Assembly: GCA_964653055.1 (NCBI GenBank) | Contig: CAZZCA010000006.1 | Span: 2,427 to 66,426, forward strand | DNA: 64,000 nucleotides | Source of the DNA: an uncultured Desulfobulbia bacterium | GTDB taxonomy: Bacteria > Desulfobacterota > Desulfobulbia > Desulfobulbales > SURF-16 | Direction: 5' to 3' | In this document: piece by piece, positions 37,722-47,235 of the stretch | How positions within the stretch are numbered: the stretch's first letter is position 1 | How the letters are laid out: each line of letters begins with the position of its first letter | The notes under the pieces: generated by a model | Database searches by the model: none | Told to the model about the DNA's origin: nothing | The model's input: the letters and a program-made list of their open reading frames with translations, nothing else | Translations under genes and position numbers: made by a program

Positions 37722-39680
37722 ATGGTTAAGAAACTTTCAGTTTTGGCCCTGGCCGGGCTCATTGCCCTGCCGTCAGTGGCTGGCGCCGGTGGTGGTGAAA
37801 ATCTTGCCACCAAGATTGACCAGCTGGAAAAACAGATACAGGCCCTTAAGTCCCAGATGAAGAGTATGCAGGCGGACCAGGAAGAGGCTTTTGAGGAGTT
37901 GGAGGAGAAATCCGAGGCCTGGGACAGTGCTGCCCGCTTCAAGTTCTCCGGCGATTTCCGGGCCAGGGCTGATTATAATAGCGCTGATGTGCCCATTTAT
38001 TATAAGGCCTCTACAGTGTCTGAAGGTGTAAATTGGTTTGTTGATCCCAATGCGACACTGGGGACTGCATTTGGTGGTGACCCTACTCAGAATGTCTTTA
38101 ATCAGGCAGGTTCCATGGGCGAGTCTAATGGTGCCTGGGGCCTATTGTTTGGTTTTATGGGAGGTGATAATCCCATGGGTGGAGAACCCCATAATATTGC
38201 TGCCAGAATGGGGGCTGATCAGATAATTGGCTCGGTTTTATATGGTGATCCTGCAGCTTATGATTTTGCTGGTGGTGGTGTTCAGCCTGGGGCGGTTCTC
38301 CAGTCTCCTGACCAGCGCACTCAGGCCTTAGTTGGGGTTATGAAAGGTTTTACCCCTGCAGAGCGGGGAATGCTGTTTGGTATGATGGGCTTTTCCCCTG
38401 AGACGGCAGAGACCTATGATAATGACACCCTATATACCAATCGGATGCGCCTCAATATGCGGGTTAAGGCCACTGAGAATGTAGAGTTCAAGGGGCGGCT
38501 GGCCATGTATAAGGCCTGGGGGATGCAGAATAACCCGGTTGATTATACCCTGATGGGTGGTCCTTCCTTTCTCTCTTCCGCCATGACCGGTTTTGACGGG
38601 GCAACCACCCGTCAGCCCAGTGATTCGGTACTCCGGGTTGACCGGGCCTTTGTTAACTGGAATAATATCGGTGGCCTGCCCATGTGGTTTTCCATCGGCC
38701 GCCGGCCCACCTCTGATGGTCCTCCTGCCCAGCTTCGCCTGGGAGCCGATAAGCGGATGGCCACCCCGGTGAATTATATGGATTACCCCTTTGACGGGCT
38801 CTCCCTTGGTTATGCCTATTCCGATCTTCTCGGAATGGGGGGAACCGGCCGGGTTCGTTTCTGTTATGGTCGTGGTTTTGATTCCGGCCCCACTGATAAT
38901 GGTGACGGGTTGAATGACACTGATTTTGCCGGCATCAACTGGGATGTTTATAAAAAGGGTGATCGTTTCCTTAATATCCAGTCCTTTGGCGCCTTTGAGA
39001 TCTTCAATGTGCCGGACGGGATGACTTTTACCAACCCGCTTGAGCAGGCTTTTATTGCCAGTGGTGACCTGCAGGATGGAAATCCTGATGTAGCCGATTA
39101 TGCCAATGGTTTTCTCGATCGGGAGAATATGGGTAATATCTTCCATACCAGTGCCGTTTTCATGGATAAACATGAAAACCTTAATTATTTTCTGGCAGCG
39201 GGCTGGAGTCGCACTGATCCCGACAGTCAGGATGAATTAGGTACAGGCCTTCTGTCCAGCTGGTGGGATGCGGACTATACCGACAATAAAGACGGCCATT
39301 CCATTTATGCCGGACTTCGCCTTGATCACGATGATCTGGGGATGAAGTTTGGTCTGGAATATAATTACGGTTCCGAGAACTGGCTGGCCTTTGCCCCGGG
39401 TCATGACGACATGTACCAGTCCAAGCTGGCCACCCGTGGTCATGTCTATGAGATGTATATGATTTATGACCTGCCGGTGGGCGAGGCTATCTCCAAATAC
39501 GGTAAGGCCTTTATGCGCCTTGGCTGGCAGCATTATAAATATGAGTACACCGGCAGTGGTATGTGGCTGGGTGCGCCGGTTAAGATCGATGACCTGGCTG
39601 TTGATCCTATGGCGGCCCAGTTTTATGCCCCCACTGACAAGATGGATAATGTCTATCTGACCTTTGAGGCATTTTTCTAA
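37722..39680 (+). CDS. Outer-membrane beta-barrel protein with an N-terminal coiled coil (DUF3373-like putative porin)
   Basis: 652 aa with a strong SD (AAGGAGAAAGGAAG). Signal peptide MVKKLSVLALAGLIALPSVAGA, then a coiled coil (KIDQLEKQIQALKSQMKSMQADQEEAFEELEEK), then alternating beta-strand patterns, ending ...YLTFEAFF with the terminal Phe typical of OMPs. The family assignment is from memory. Confidence 0.6.
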   Translation: MVKKLSVLALAGLIALPSVAGAGGGENLATKIDQLEKQIQALKSQMKSMQADQEEAFEELEEKSEAWDSAARFKFSGDFRARADYNSADVPIYYKASTVSEGVNWFVDPNATLGTAFGGDPTQNVFNQAGSMGESNGAWGLLFGFMGGDNPMGGEPHNIAARMGADQIIGSVLYGDPAAYDFAGGGVQPGAVLQSPDQRTQALVGVMKGFTPAERGMLFGMMGFSPETAETYDNDTLYTNRMRLNMRVKATENVEFKGRLAMYKAWGMQNNPVDYTLMGGPSFLSSAMTGFDGATTRQPSDSVLRVDRAFVNWNNIGGLPMWFSIGRRPTSDGPPAQLRLGADKRMATPVNYMDYPFDGLSLGYAYSDLLGMGGTGRVRFCYGRGFDSGPTDNGDGLNDTDFAGINWDVYKKGDRFLNIQSFGAFEIFNVPDGMTFTNPLEQAFIASGDLQDGNPDVADYANGFLDRENMGNIFHTSAVFMDKHENLNYFLAAGWSRTDPDSQDELGTGLLSSWWDADYTDNKDGHSIYAGLRLDHDDLGMKFGLEYNYGSENWLAFAPGHDDMYQSKLATRGHVYEMYMIYDLPVGEAISKYGKAFMRLGWQHYKYEYTGSGMWLGAPVKIDDLAVDPMAAQFYAPTDKMDNVYLTFEAFF

Positions 39681-39735
39681 GCCGTTTAGGAAAAAAACAG
39701 CCATATAATGCCGGACTTTAATGGCATTATTGAGT

Positions 39736-39776
39736 AAAAAGGGAATGGTTCCATTGCGGAATCGTTCCCTTTTTTA
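39736..39776 (+). terminator. Rho-independent terminator after the porin gene
   Basis: A 12-bp stem gggaatggttcc/ggaatcgttccc (2 G-U pairs) with a 5-nt loop, followed by T6. An A5 run precedes the stem, so it could act bidirectionally. Confidence 0.75.
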
Positions 39777-39829
39777 TGTTATGCGGGTTGGCTTAAAAAT
39801 AATTGATTATGGTAGAAGGCCGGTAGCCG

Positions 39830-40546
39830 GTGAAATGTTCATATTGCTTTTACGGGCGTGGTGGCGGAGTAAGTCAGGTGCCCTGGGATTCTTTAAATGT
39901 CAGCTTCGGGGTCGGAGATGACCCGGCAGCGGTTCGGAAAAATCGACTCCTGGTAAAAAAAGACCTTGGAGCCGAGGTGCTGGTTTCTTCCCGCCAGGTC
40001 CATGGCACGGCTATCCATATGGTTAGCCAAAAACCGGAAGCTGATCTTGAGCTGGATGGTTTTGACGCCCTTGTAACAGATGTGGCCGGGGTTGGGCTGA
40101 TGATCCAGCAGGCTGACTGCCAGGGAGTTCTTCTTTACGATCATCGCCGGCAGGTGGTGGCTGCCGTCCATAATGGCTGGCGGGGCAGTGCTGCCAATAT
40201 CATTTCCCGGACCATTAACCATATGCAGGATCATTTTAAAACCAGGCACGCGGATATCCGGGCCTGGATCAGCCCCTCCCTTGGGCCCTGCTGCGCAGAG
40301 ATGATTAATTATCGCCGGGAGCTGCCCGAGGTTCTGCATAAATACCAGGTGCGACCCCATTATTTTGATTTCTGGAAAATGAGCCGGGATCAATTAACCC
40401 GGGCCGGGTTGAGGAAGGAAAATATCGAAATAAGTAAAATATGTACCTCTTGTAATAACGACTGGTTTTCTTATCGCCGGGCCCAACAGACCGGCCGGGG
40501 CTGTTCCCTTATCGTATTAAACGGCAGAGAGGGTCTGGATGGTTAA
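39830..40546 (+). CDS. pgeF: Peptidoglycan editing factor PgeF (YfiH/DUF152 family)
   Basis: GRGGGVSQVPWDSLNV, RQVHGTAI, ALVTDVAGVGLMIQQADCQGVLL, VHNGWRG and FSYRR. GTG start immediately after an in-frame stop, so the N-terminus is ~13 aa shorter than in E. coli YfiH. Confidence 0.8.
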   Translation: MKCSYCFYGRGGGVSQVPWDSLNVSFGVGDDPAAVRKNRLLVKKDLGAEVLVSSRQVHGTAIHMVSQKPEADLELDGFDALVTDVAGVGLMIQQADCQGVLLYDHRRQVVAAVHNGWRGSAANIISRTINHMQDHFKTRHADIRAWISPSLGPCCAEMINYRRELPEVLHKYQVRPHYFDFWKMSRDQLTRAGLRKENIEISKICTSCNNDWFSYRRAQQTGRGCSLIVLNGREGLDG

Positions 40547-41894
40547 TTTGCGTGCCCTTGCCATCAGTATTCTTTGTAAGCGTCAGGACCAGGCTGAGCC
40601 AGTTGATGTGGCGCAGGAGCGGTTCTTGGGAAAAAACCAGGATCTTGCCCCCCGGGACCGGCAGCTGGTTATGGCCATGGTTTACGGGGTTTTGCGTCAG
40701 CAGCGGCTCCTTGATGCCCTGGTGGCCCATTATTCCCGGCACCCCATTGGCAAGATGAAGAACCTTACCCTCCAGGCTCTCCGGCTGGGCCTTTACCAGC
40801 TCTGTTTCATGGAGCGGATACCGGATTCTGCTGCAGTAAATGAGACGGTGAAGGCTCTGCGTCAGGCAAGACAACCTAAGTGGCTGATCAGTTTTGTTAA
40901 CGGTTTGCTGCGAAATGTTGCCAGAAGCGCTGATCCCCTGGGCCAGCTTGATGATAAAAAACTATCCCCGGCCCAGCGCTACAGTCATCCGGACTGGCTT
41001 TTTCAGCGCTGGCAGGCTCGTTATGGTAAGGAGCGGGCAGCGGAGATATGTCGTCTTAATAATAGCCGGCCGCCCCTGGTATTACGGGTTAACAGGCGGA
41101 AGATGGGCCGGGATGAATATCTGTTGATGCTGACAGGTGGCGGGCTTGAGGCAAGCCCTGGCCACTACCTGCCGGATACCATCGTTGTCCATGGTTTTAA
41201 GGGAAGAATTTCAGACCTGCCCGGTTATGACCGTGGCCTGTTTGCGGTTCAGGATGAGGGGGCCCAGCTCATTACCATGATGCTTGCCCCTTGCGGGCCT
41301 GGTTCTTATCTCGATGCCTGTGCCGGTTTGGGTGGCAAAACCATGCAATTGGCGGCCATGCTGGCTGATGACAGCAATATTACCGCAGTGGAGCCCAATG
41401 AGCGGCGGCTTGAATTATTAAAGGAGAATTCTCTCCGCCTTGGCTGTGAACCCGGTTTATTTGCCGGCACCCTGGCGGATTTTGCCCGGGATTCTACCGG
41501 TGTTTTTAACGGGATTCTGGTGGATGCCCCCTGTTCCGGCCTGGGGGTGATCAGGCGGCAGCCTGATATTCGCTGGAACCGGCAGGAAGAAGACTTTGCC
41601 CGTTATCAGAAGCTGCAACTTGAGCTTCTGGGGCTTGCCGCATCTCTTCTGGAGAAAGACGGGGTTCTTGTCTATGCCACCTGTAGTACCGAGCCGGAAG
41701 AAAATCAGCAAGTGGTGTTCCGTTTTCTGGCTGATCACCCGGCTTTTGCGGTGGAAGCGCCCCCTGCCCTGCCCCTTGCTGCCGGCTCGTTGATTGGGGA
41801 AGATGGTTTTTTCCAGATGCTGCCTTCTCTGGGTCATGACGGTTTTTTTGCCGCTCGCCTCCGCTTTAGCGGCAGTGGAGATGGAGAATCATGA
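40539..41894 (+). CDS. rsmB: 16S rRNA (cytosine967-C5)-methyltransferase
   Basis: 451 aa. NusB-like N-terminal domain, SAM site DACAGLGGKT, catalytic LVDAPCSGLGVIRRQPDIRW and YATCSTEPEENQ. Confidence 0.9.
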   Translation: MVNLRALAISILCKRQDQAEPVDVAQERFLGKNQDLAPRDRQLVMAMVYGVLRQQRLLDALVAHYSRHPIGKMKNLTLQALRLGLYQLCFMERIPDSAAVNETVKALRQARQPKWLISFVNGLLRNVARSADPLGQLDDKKLSPAQRYSHPDWLFQRWQARYGKERAAEICRLNNSRPPLVLRVNRRKMGRDEYLLMLTGGGLEASPGHYLPDTIVVHGFKGRISDLPGYDRGLFAVQDEGAQLITMMLAPCGPGSYLDACAGLGGKTMQLAAMLADDSNITAVEPNERRLELLKENSLRLGCEPGLFAGTLADFARDSTGVFNGILVDAPCSGLGVIRRQPDIRWNRQEEDFARYQKLQLELLGLAASLLEKDGVLVYATCSTEPEENQQVVFRFLADHPAFAVEAPPALPLAAGSLIGEDGFFQMLPSLGHDGFFAARLRFSGSGDGES

Positions 41895-41939
41895 ACAACC
41901 GGCTTAGAAGAAATAAGTTAGAGTTCAGGGGTTAATTGA

Positions 41940-44768
41940 ATGGAACCGAAAGAGATTCGTATCCGGGGGGCCCGGATGCATAATCTGCAAAATATAGATG
42001 TTGATCTGCCCCGGAACAAACTGGTGGTCTTTACCGGGCTTAGTGGTTCCGGCAAATCAAGCCTGGCCTTTGATACCCTTTATGCCGAGGGTCAGCGCCG
42101 CTATGTGGAGTCTCTTTCCACCTATGCCCGCCAATTCCTCGGCCAGATGGATAAACCGGATGTGGATTCGCTGGAGGGTCTTTCCCCGGCGGTTTCCATT
42201 GAGCAGCGGACAACCAGCCGCAACCCCCGGTCAACCGTGGGCACCATAACCGAGGTTTATGATTATCTCCGACTCCTTTTTGCCCGGGTTGGTTGTCAGT
42301 ATTGCCCTGATTGCGGGGAAAAGATCAGTCCCCAGTCCTTGGAGGATATGGTTGACAGCCTCTTCAGCCGGCCGGAAGGCACCAGGTGTATTCTCTATGC
42401 CCCTCTTGTGGATGGTCGTAAAGGGGAACAGCGGGACCTGTTAAACCGCCTGACCCGAGACGGTTTTGTCCGGGTTCGGATTGATGGCGAGATAATGGAC
42501 CTGGACCAGGAGATCAACCTGGCCCGCAATAATCGGCACCGGATCGAGGCAGTGGTTGACCGGGTAATTATTAAAAAAGGGGCACGCCAGCGTATTGCCC
42601 AGTCTGTGGCAACAGCGGTCCAGCTGGCGGAGGGGTTTTTATTGGCCGGTTTCCCCGACCTGGACGAGGAGCAGCTTTTCAGTGAGCGGGCTGCCTGCAG
42701 TATTTGCGGGATAAGTCTGATCGATCTGTCACCCCAGCTTTTTTCCTTTAATAACCCGCAAGGGGCCTGTGAGGAATGCGCAGGGCTGGGCACCAGACAT
42801 TTTTTTGATCAGAACCTGATTATTCCCGATAAGTCGCTCTCCTTAAACCAGGGTGCCATTGCCCCCTGGCGGAATCGGTCCCCCTGGTCCTATTCCAGCC
42901 AATTATTGGCAGCACTGGCGGATCATTATCAATTTTCCCTGGACCTGCCTTTTAAGAAATTATCGGCCAGGGCGAAAAAGGTGATTTTAAAGGGTACCGG
43001 CACAGAGTCCATTAATTTTCAATATCGTCGTCGCCGTCGAAGCCAGACCTCCCGTAAGCCCTTTGAGGGGATCATTCCCCACCTGGATCGTCGCTACCAC
43101 GAGACCAAGTCAGGGACAATCAGGGAAGAGCTCTCGGCCTATATGAATGAACAGTCCTGTTCCCGTTGTCATGGCGCCCGCCTGAAGAAAGAGGCTCTGG
43201 CGGTGCGGGTAGGTTCGTGGGCGATTCATGAACTGACCGCCGTGCCCATTGCCCGCCTCCTGCCGGAGGTGAAAAAAATTAATTTTACCAGCCGGCAAGA
43301 GATAATCGCCGGCCGGATTATCAGGGAGGTTAGTGACCGGCTTACCTTTCTTCTTGATGTGGGCCTGGGTTATCTTTCCCTTGACCGGACGGCTATGACC
43401 CTGTCCGGTGGTGAGGCCCAGCGGATCAGGCTCGCTTCCCAGATCGGTTCCCGGCTGTCCGGGGTCTTATATATTCTGGATGAGCCGAGTATCGGCCTTC
43501 ATCCCCGGGATAATGACCGCCTGATCAAGACCCTGATCAGCCTCAGGGATATTGGTAATACGGTTATGGTGGTGGAGCATGATGCTGATACTATTTTGGC
43601 GGCAGACCATGTTCTTGATATCGGCCCGGGGGCAGGTACCCATGGGGGTCAGATAATATACAGCGGTCCGGTGGCCGGACTGGTGGCGGATGAGAACTCC
43701 ATTACCGGTGGTTATCTCTCCGGTCGGCTGGAAATCCCCCTGCCTGCGGCCCGGCGACGACCCGGTTCGAAGAAAAAATGGTTGACCGTGAGCAGGGTAA
43801 CCATCAACAACCTGAAGAACCTTACCGAGGCATTTCCCAGCGGTGCCATGACCTGTGTAACCGGGGTATCCGGTTCCGGCAAGAGCTCCCTGGTTATTGA
43901 AGGCCTGTACCGGGGTGTACGGGAAGGCCTGGGGCATGGCCGTTTTTCATCGGTCAAACCGGTTAAGATCAAGGGGCTTGCCCTTGTTGACAAGGTAATT
44001 GATATTGACCAGAGTCCAATTGGTCGGACCCCCCGTTCCAATCCAGCCACCTATACCGGGGTTTTGACCCCGGTGCGGGAGCTGCTGGCCGCCCTGCCCG
44101 AGTCCCGGGCCCGGGGTTATAAGCCGGGTCGATTCAGCTTCAACCTGAAAGGGGGCCGCTGCGAGGCCTGTGAGGGTGAGGGGCTGATCAAGATAGCCAT
44201 GCATTTTCTGCCGGATATCTATGTCACCTGTGAATCATGTCAGGGGCGAAGGTATAACCGGGAGACCCTGGAGATCACCTATAAGACAAAGAATATAGCC
44301 GAGATCCTGGCCATGACCGTGGAGGAGGCCCTGGCCTTTTTCAAAAATATTCCCATCCTTAAGCGCAGGTTGCAGACCATGGTTGATGTGGGGCTTTCCT
44401 ATGTATCCCTTGGTCAATCGTCGGTTACCCTGTCCGGGGGTGAGGCGCAGCGGATCAAGCTGGCCCGGGAGCTGCAGAAAAGATCCACCGGCCGAACCCT
44501 GTACATCCTTGACGAACCCACCACCGGTCTTCATCCTGCGGACATCAAATACCTGCTCAATGTCCTTGACCGCTTGGTGGAAGGGGGTAATACCGTGGTG
44601 GTTATTGAGCATAATCTCGATGTTATTAAAAGCGCCGATTATGTCATTGACCTTGGTCCGGAGGGTGGTGATGGTGGTGGTGAGGTGGTGGGCCGGGGTA
44701 CCCCTGAGGAGATCGCAGCAAATGCAGACTCCTTTACCGGCATGTTCCTCAAGCAGATCCTCTCGTAG
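41940..44768 (+). CDS. uvrA: Excinuclease ABC subunit A
   Basis: 942 aa. Two ABC modules ([25 protein letters not shown]; two LSGGEAQRI signatures) and zinc-finger Cys clusters. Confidence 0.97.
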   Translation: MEPKEIRIRGARMHNLQNIDVDLPRNKLVVFTGLSGSGKSSLAFDTLYAEGQRRYVESLSTYARQFLGQMDKPDVDSLEGLSPAVSIEQRTTSRNPRSTVGTITEVYDYLRLLFARVGCQYCPDCGEKISPQSLEDMVDSLFSRPEGTRCILYAPLVDGRKGEQRDLLNRLTRDGFVRVRIDGEIMDLDQEINLARNNRHRIEAVVDRVIIKKGARQRIAQSVATAVQLAEGFLLAGFPDLDEEQLFSERAACSICGISLIDLSPQLFSFNNPQGACEECAGLGTRHFFDQNLIIPDKSLSLNQGAIAPWRNRSPWSYSSQLLAALADHYQFSLDLPFKKLSARAKKVILKGTGTESINFQYRRRRRSQTSRKPFEGIIPHLDRRYHETKSGTIREELSAYMNEQSCSRCHGARLKKEALAVRVGSWAIHELTAVPIARLLPEVKKINFTSRQEIIAGRIIREVSDRLTFLLDVGLGYLSLDRTAMTLSGGEAQRIRLASQIGSRLSGVLYILDEPSIGLHPRDNDRLIKTLISLRDIGNTVMVVEHDADTILAADHVLDIGPGAGTHGGQIIYSGPVAGLVADENSITGGYLSGRLEIPLPAARRRPGSKKKWLTVSRVTINNLKNLTEAFPSGAMTCVTGVSGSGKSSLVIEGLYRGVREGLGHGRFSSVKPVKIKGLALVDKVIDIDQSPIGRTPRSNPATYTGVLTPVRELLAALPESRARGYKPGRFSFNLKGGRCEACEGEGLIKIAMHFLPDIYVTCESCQGRRYNRETLEITYKTKNIAEILAMTVEEALAFFKNIPILKRRLQTMVDVGLSYVSLGQSSVTLSGGEAQRIKLARELQKRSTGRTLYILDEPTTGLHPADIKYLLNVLDRLVEGGNTVVVIEHNLDVIKSADYVIDLGPEGGDGGGEVVGRGTPEEIAANADSFTGMFLKQILS

Positions 44769-45028
44769 CCTGCTTCCCACTCCCTGTCTTTAATATCCTT
44801 GTTCCGGGATTGGCCATTTAGTTTTAAGGGAGGTTTGGCCCCACAGAGACAAGGGACAGCCGTTGCGAAGTTCCATGGCCGGTGAAGTAGAGTCACCTTG
44901 GGGGTTAATGCTTTGTCCATGGTAAATCTGTTTATGCGCAAGCTTAAATGGTTGACTGGCAAGGGGGGCAGGTGGTAGATTTTGGAGGTTTATTTGATCG
45001 TTAATTTTGCCATGAAGAGGGAAATATC

Positions 45029-45538
45029 ATGACTGAAGAACAGCAGCAGGAAGCCGGAGAAAATACCGGTGAACAGGCTCCGGCCCCTATTTTTCGTTTA
45101 CAGAAGCTATACCTGAAAGATCTTTCTTTTGAAAACCCCAATGCCCCGGATGTGTTCATGGGCAAATATGAGCCCAAGGTGGATGTTAATCTGGGCCTGA
45201 AGAACCAGAAGATGGAGAATGATCACTGGGAAGTGGTGCTGACGGTTAACGCCAAGGTTCGTAACGGTGATGAAGAAGACAGCAAGACCCTTTTCATGAT
45301 TGAAATCGAGCATGCCGGAGTTTTTGTCATCAAGAACGTTCCGGAAGAACATATTAACGCCGTCCTGGCGGTGGACTGCCCCACTCTGATGTTCCCCTTT
45401 ACCCGCCAGATTGTCAGCCAGGTATCGGTTGATGGCGGTTTTGTGCCTTTCCTGATGGAGCCGGTTAATTTCATGGCCCTTTATCAGAACGCCCAGCGTC
45501 AGCAGCAGGAAGGTCAGCAGAACCCCCAGGAAAATTAG
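45029..45538 (+). CDS. secB: Protein-export chaperone SecB
   Basis: 169 aa. FRLQKLYLKDLSFENPNAP..., AVDCPTLMFPFTRQIVS, and an acidic/Gln-rich C-terminal tail. Confidence 0.9.
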   Translation: MTEEQQQEAGENTGEQAPAPIFRLQKLYLKDLSFENPNAPDVFMGKYEPKVDVNLGLKNQKMENDHWEVVLTVNAKVRNGDEEDSKTLFMIEIEHAGVFVIKNVPEEHINAVLAVDCPTLMFPFTRQIVSQVSVDGGFVPFLMEPVNFMALYQNAQRQQQEGQQNPQEN

Positions 45539-45544
45539 GCCGGT

Positions 45545-47206
45545 TTACAGAATTACCGGTCGCAGCAGGATGATCAACTCCTTGCGATAGGCATTGGTTC
45601 CCTTCTGCCCGAATAATCTGTCTACCCCTTTTAGATCGCCAAGACCGGCAACCTTGGCTTCGGCGTAATCATTGCTGCTGTCAATGAGCCCGCCGACAAT
45701 CAGCATCTCGCCGTTGTTAATCCTCACCATGGTGGTCATCTCCCGGATGGCCACTTTGGGGAGGCCAACCTCACTGCTGCCCCCGGTTCCGGTGAAGGTC
45801 TTATAGTCAATAGGGGTCTTGACCTTGGATGTCACCGGGGTCAGGGTCAATACCACCTGGTCGTCGTCCATAATGGTGGCAATCACCCCCATCCCCAGCC
45901 CGGACATAACCGACGAAGTTTCAATACTGTAGGTTACCACCCCTTCTTCCTGGCTGGCGGTAACCTTATCGATATAGGTCATATTCTCTCCCACCGAGAT
46001 CATGGCGGGCTGGCCGTTCATCACGCTTATTTTGGGATTGGCCAGGACCTCAACATGGCCCTGTTCCTTAATGGCGTCCAGAACCAGGCCGAAATTATGG
46101 GTATTGAGGGTAAGAAATTTGTTCTGGGTACCGGTACTGTGGTGCAGGGGGTTAAGCTTCTGGAAGTCCAGGCTGAAGTTAAGGGCATTTCCCGTATTCT
46201 GCAGCAGGTTTTCCCAGTCAATGCCGGTGGTATTGTCATGGCTTAAAGTAACCTCAACGATCTTGGCCTCAATGGAGACCTGGCGGTAGAGCTCTTTTTT
46301 CAGGTTCTCCACATAGCTGGTTACCTTGGACAGCAGGGAGCGGGGAGCGGTAACCGTGATCAGGCCGATGGGCCGGTCAATGGTATAATACCCCTTGCCC
46401 GGGGTGCGGACAATTATCGGGGTGGCTGCTTCGTCTTCCTCCTGGCTACCCTCAGCGCCTGCCTGGTCATTGCTTTCCGGGCTGCTCCAGATCTCCAGGA
46501 TCAGGTCAAGGTTGGTACGGATATTGGACCAGATATCAAAGGAGTTCTCGTCTACCTGGGTATTGGTTATCTGGATGGTGCCGGTCATTTCATGGTCTGT
46601 GCCACCGGTTCCCCCCAGGACATCGCCACCAACCCCGGAGCTGAAAGAAGGCGCCATAAAGGGCATGGCGATATGGAACCGCCTGGTTTCCTTATGCTTG
46701 ATGATGATGGTATTGTCTTTGGTCTCGAAAAAATAATCCAGCTGCCGCAGCAGGTTGTCTATGGCGGCAAAGAAATCGTCTTCCGCCCGGATATCCACAT
46801 CCACCAGGGCTGCCTGATTGGCATCGCTTGCCCAGCTCACGTTCATTTTCTTTAATTGGGCCAGCTTCTTCATGATCTCCCGCAGGGTAACCGGGCCGCT
46901 GGTGGTGGAAATGTCAGCACCAACCGGAATAACCAGGTCGCTACGGTGCCCCAGGGGTTCGGTCTGGTCCAGGAGCAGGGTGGGTTGCTGAAAACGAAGG
47001 GGCAGACGATCGGTGGCGGTTTTCTTGGCAGCGGCTGGTTGACTGCTGCCGGTGTGTTTTGCCAGGAAATCCTGACCAGCCATGCTGTTGTCCAGATTAG
47101 GGTCTCCTGATCTGGCGCAGGCACTGACCAGAAAAACCAGAAACAGGGCGGCCATGGTATGCCAGTTTGGTCCTATTTTCAGGATGGAGATTAATTTTGT
47201 GTTCAT
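45545..47206 (-). CDS. Secretin-family lipoprotein (MshL/PilQ-like) with no AMIN domain
   Basis: 553 aa with a lipobox in FLVFLVSAC. It has an N0-like domain (VTLREIMKKLAQLKKMNVSWASD...NTIIIKHKE), an N1/secretin core (VSIEAKIVEVTLSHDNTTGIDWENLL ... GLPKVAIREMTTMVRINNGEMLIVGGLI) and the C-terminal KELIILLRPVIL. Confidence 0.8.
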   Translation of the reverse strand: MNTKLISILKIGPNWHTMAALFLVFLVSACARSGDPNLDNSMAGQDFLAKHTGSSQPAAAKKTATDRLPLRFQQPTLLLDQTEPLGHRSDLVIPVGADISTTSGPVTLREIMKKLAQLKKMNVSWASDANQAALVDVDIRAEDDFFAAIDNLLRQLDYFFETKDNTIIIKHKETRRFHIAMPFMAPSFSSGVGGDVLGGTGGTDHEMTGTIQITNTQVDENSFDIWSNIRTNLDLILEIWSSPESNDQAGAEGSQEEDEAATPIIVRTPGKGYYTIDRPIGLITVTAPRSLLSKVTSYVENLKKELYRQVSIEAKIVEVTLSHDNTTGIDWENLLQNTGNALNFSLDFQKLNPLHHSTGTQNKFLTLNTHNFGLVLDAIKEQGHVEVLANPKISVMNGQPAMISVGENMTYIDKVTASQEEGVVTYSIETSSVMSGLGMGVIATIMDDDQVVLTLTPVTSKVKTPIDYKTFTGTGGSSEVGLPKVAIREMTTMVRINNGEMLIVGGLIDSSNDYAEAKVAGLGDLKGVDRLFGQKGTNAYRKELIILLRPVIL

Positions 47207-47235
47207 GGGCAGATCCTTTACCGGCAGGTGCCGGC

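Noticed and set aside
39721-39921. Frameshifted or pseudogenised pgeF, suggested by the short N-terminus, the in-frame stop at 39824 and the overlapping 66-aa ORF.
   Set aside because: All catalytic blocks (HG..., DC..., HxGWRG, FSYRR) are intact and in one frame. The upstream ORF has no PgeF-like sequence and spans the porin terminator.
44769-45028. 260-bp uvrA-secB intergenic region as a small RNA gene (6S, SRP or other). It contains hairpins such as GGTGA-N7-TCACC at 44882-44899, a 16-codon ORF, and the 107-aa minus-strand ORF 44639-44962.
   Set aside because: I recognised no conserved SRP or 6S sequence blocks. The hairpins are short, and the ORFs lack SDs or overlap uvrA. It needs an Rfam scan before any call.
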